From the NCBI RefSeq assembly GCF_963921235.1, contig NC_086102.1, positions 39,246,001 through 39,310,000 of the forward strand: a DNA stretch of 64,000 bases, given 5' to 3'. Shown here piece after piece: positions 61,661-64,000 of this stretch. The DNA comes from Mobula hypostoma. Its lineage: Eukaryota. Under the pieces are notes generated by a model, which was given only the letters and a program-made list of their open reading frames with translations, was not told the origin of the DNA and did not search any database. Both the position numbers and the translations under genes were made by a program. Numbering within the stretch: position 1 is the first letter of the stretch; each line of letters opens with the position of its first letter.

Positions 61661-63885
61661 CACATCATTTTATTAATTTTGCAGCTCAATCCCTTCCTTC
61701 AAGTGACCTGAGCTTAACCAAGCTTTTTCCAAAATACTTATAGAATCATTGGAAGTTGGAGTATTGAAATAGGCCATTGTTTTTCTTTTATTCTCCCCAT
61801 ATTTTCATCCAGTCCCCCCTAGACTCTACCTCCCTCCTGCAGACTGGTGACAATTTACAGTGGCCAACTGTATGTCTTTAGGAGGGTTCTGTTATCAAAT
61901 ATTAGTAGGCAAACTACTAATTGCCAAACTTTAAAGAACTTAACTACCTCAATATTTCATTCTTTTCCTTAATTATGCCTTTTATAATCACCTATTCCAT
62001 CTGAATTTTGCTTAAGCATATTACAAAGTTGCTTAAAAATTATGTGAACTCCTGCCTTCTTGTGTAGCATAACACATTTCTTGCTCTTTGCAGTATGTTT
62101 TCAGTGTGGTTTAGAAGATGTTTGAAAAGCAACTTAGCTGCGGTGGTTTAAATGAGTGGAGCTACCTCTAAGCATGTAGATTTCCTGTGTAATAATGCTG
62201 CTCTGCAGCTTATCACAGTTTCATCTGTCATCCAAGTGCAGAGAGCTGGTTGACAGGCTGAGGCATCAACCTAGTTTGCAGAGCAACCATTCCACTTATC
62301 TGCTTTCTACGCAGTGCAAACTGCTGGAGCAAGCCAACCATAATGGACACAATTTCTTTTAAATCATAAGTCTGATTCTCCATTTTAATTGAATCCAGCG
62401 GTGGTGAACACCACACAGCACAGAAAAGCTAACAAAATGAATTTGATTCCATTTCTTCTCATTCTTTTATGTCAGTAAATTGAAACCAAATACTAAATGC
62501 TCTTCAATTAGTGACTACATTTATATGAGTTTGACTATGATGTTCATGATTGAGATTTTTCAATAGAATACATTCTACTGGGGAGTTTACCCCATTTTTA
62601 AAATATATTTGGGTAATTAAAAAGATAAGCGGAGAATTCACTCTTGGAAACAACACAGCAGGCTTTTATGCAAAACATATTTGTTGAAAGCTAACTAGAG
62701 GCTGTGGAGCAAAACGTATTTCCTTTCTAATTATCACACCAAAACAAATTTGTTTGCAGAAACCATCCTGGATCAATGTATACAATCTGAGATTATGGCC
62801 TGACAGATTGATTTATTCTTAGTTATGGATCTGAGCTACACAGCCAACAATTTTGCTCTAATATGATTAATATCATTTCAGGTAGTCTGCAGAACATGTG
62901 ACTGGCTTATATCAATAGGTTCTCTTTATCATCCTGAAACTAAAGTTGTATGTTGCTCTCTTGGTGTTAATATATGCAGCACTGCCCTTTGTGACAAGCT
63001 TGGAATGAATTCAGTTGCACAAATCAAGTAACAGCTCCTAGCTGGAACTCTGTCAGTAACCTATTTAGGATAGATTTCTAGGAACCAGGGGCTACGAATT
63101 CCACAGTAAACATGCTTCACCATAAGCATGAACTGATGGGAAACTCAGTCCCCAGCTTAGGCCTATTCAAAGTATGAGCGTGGAATGCATGCAAACAAAA
63201 AATCTTGAGGTGACTTCTTTTCACTACCAGAGGGAAAAATCAAAGGCTAGGGCAAAAACAAAATATTTTGAAATTATTCTTGGGAATGTTGGAGCTAATC
63301 TGGCAATAGGTAGTTAACTACCGTTGGCTCTTAATGAGCAAGATCTCAAATGTTCCATTTTATTGGAATTAAGATGTGTGATTAGTTTCACTTCAGAGGA
63401 CGGAGAAGCTTTGTAGCTCAACACTTCCACTGAGCAACTCGTTGCAACTTCCTTCTCAACTCACTGGGCTGTCCCTACTTTCTTTTCAATTCTTATGCCT
63501 CATAACAAAACAGCACTGACAATGTCAGAAATTACATCAAAAAGTGATTGTGACAAGTATCACGAGGACAGCTGTGATCATTTACATTCCTTCATCTTTC
63601 TTGTCTTATTTTCGCCTTCGGCTACGCTTACTCCAGTGTCTTTCCAGCATCACCCAGTCAACGTGATCACTAAACATTCTCAGTTAGAATGTGTCTGTTT
63701 TTAATTGAATCCTGTAATTTGCAGTGTATCTGGAAAATCCCAAAGTCTAGCACAGCTCACGTTCCTTTCTCATGCAGTGGCCTGATGCATGAGCAGAGTG
63801 CCTGCGATGCTTACTCTGGAGGGGAGCTTGCTGTATCAATACCATCAACAAGTTCTCCAGTGCCCACCTCTTTAATATCTCCCAT

Positions 63886-64000
63886 CTCTGTCGTGTAGAT
63901 CAATGATCTAGATGATGGAAAATATGGCTTTGTTGCCAAGTTTGCAGGTGATACGAAGATTGGTGGAGGGGCAGGTAGTGTTGAGGAAACAGGTAGGATG
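63886..64000 (+). mobile_element. CR1 RT fragment running off the window edge
   Basis: INDLDDGKYGFVAKFAGDTKIGGGAGSVEETGRM. Confidence 0.8.

Noticed and set aside
36075-64000. Strong minus-strand donors (near 47400, 52080, 54650) as CD247 exon 1
   Set aside because: None gives an ATG-initiated hydrophobic signal peptide ending in phase 1; the frames have stops or are hydrophilic.

Overview
Eukaryotic, AT-rich vertebrate DNA; the repeat families and gene suggest a cartilaginous fish, probably a ray (inference). The main gene is absent from the ORF track because its exons are tiny. It is CD247 (T-cell receptor CD3 zeta chain) on the minus strand, with seven coding exons (equivalent to human exons 2-8) between 36074 and 16414. 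They encode the zeta transmembrane helix and three ITAMs. I could not find the signal-peptide exon 1, which probably lies beyond the right edge. Bases 1 to about 14.6 kb carry no recognisable young transposons and look T-rich on the plus strand. By human synteny this may be the long 3' UTR or downstream region of POU2F1 (inference only). From 17 kb on the window is dense in retroelements: nested CR1-clade LINEs (one with a 518-aa uninterrupted RT ORF), Rex1/Babar and RTE fragments, tRNA-derived SINEs, and an internally deleted LTR element. There is also a Penelope-like GIY-YIG fold-back element whose terminal repeat carries a minimal hammerhead ribozyme. That repeat recurs about ten times in decayed or palindromic twin form. 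Repeat boundaries are approximate (read by eye); exon boundaries were counted base by base.
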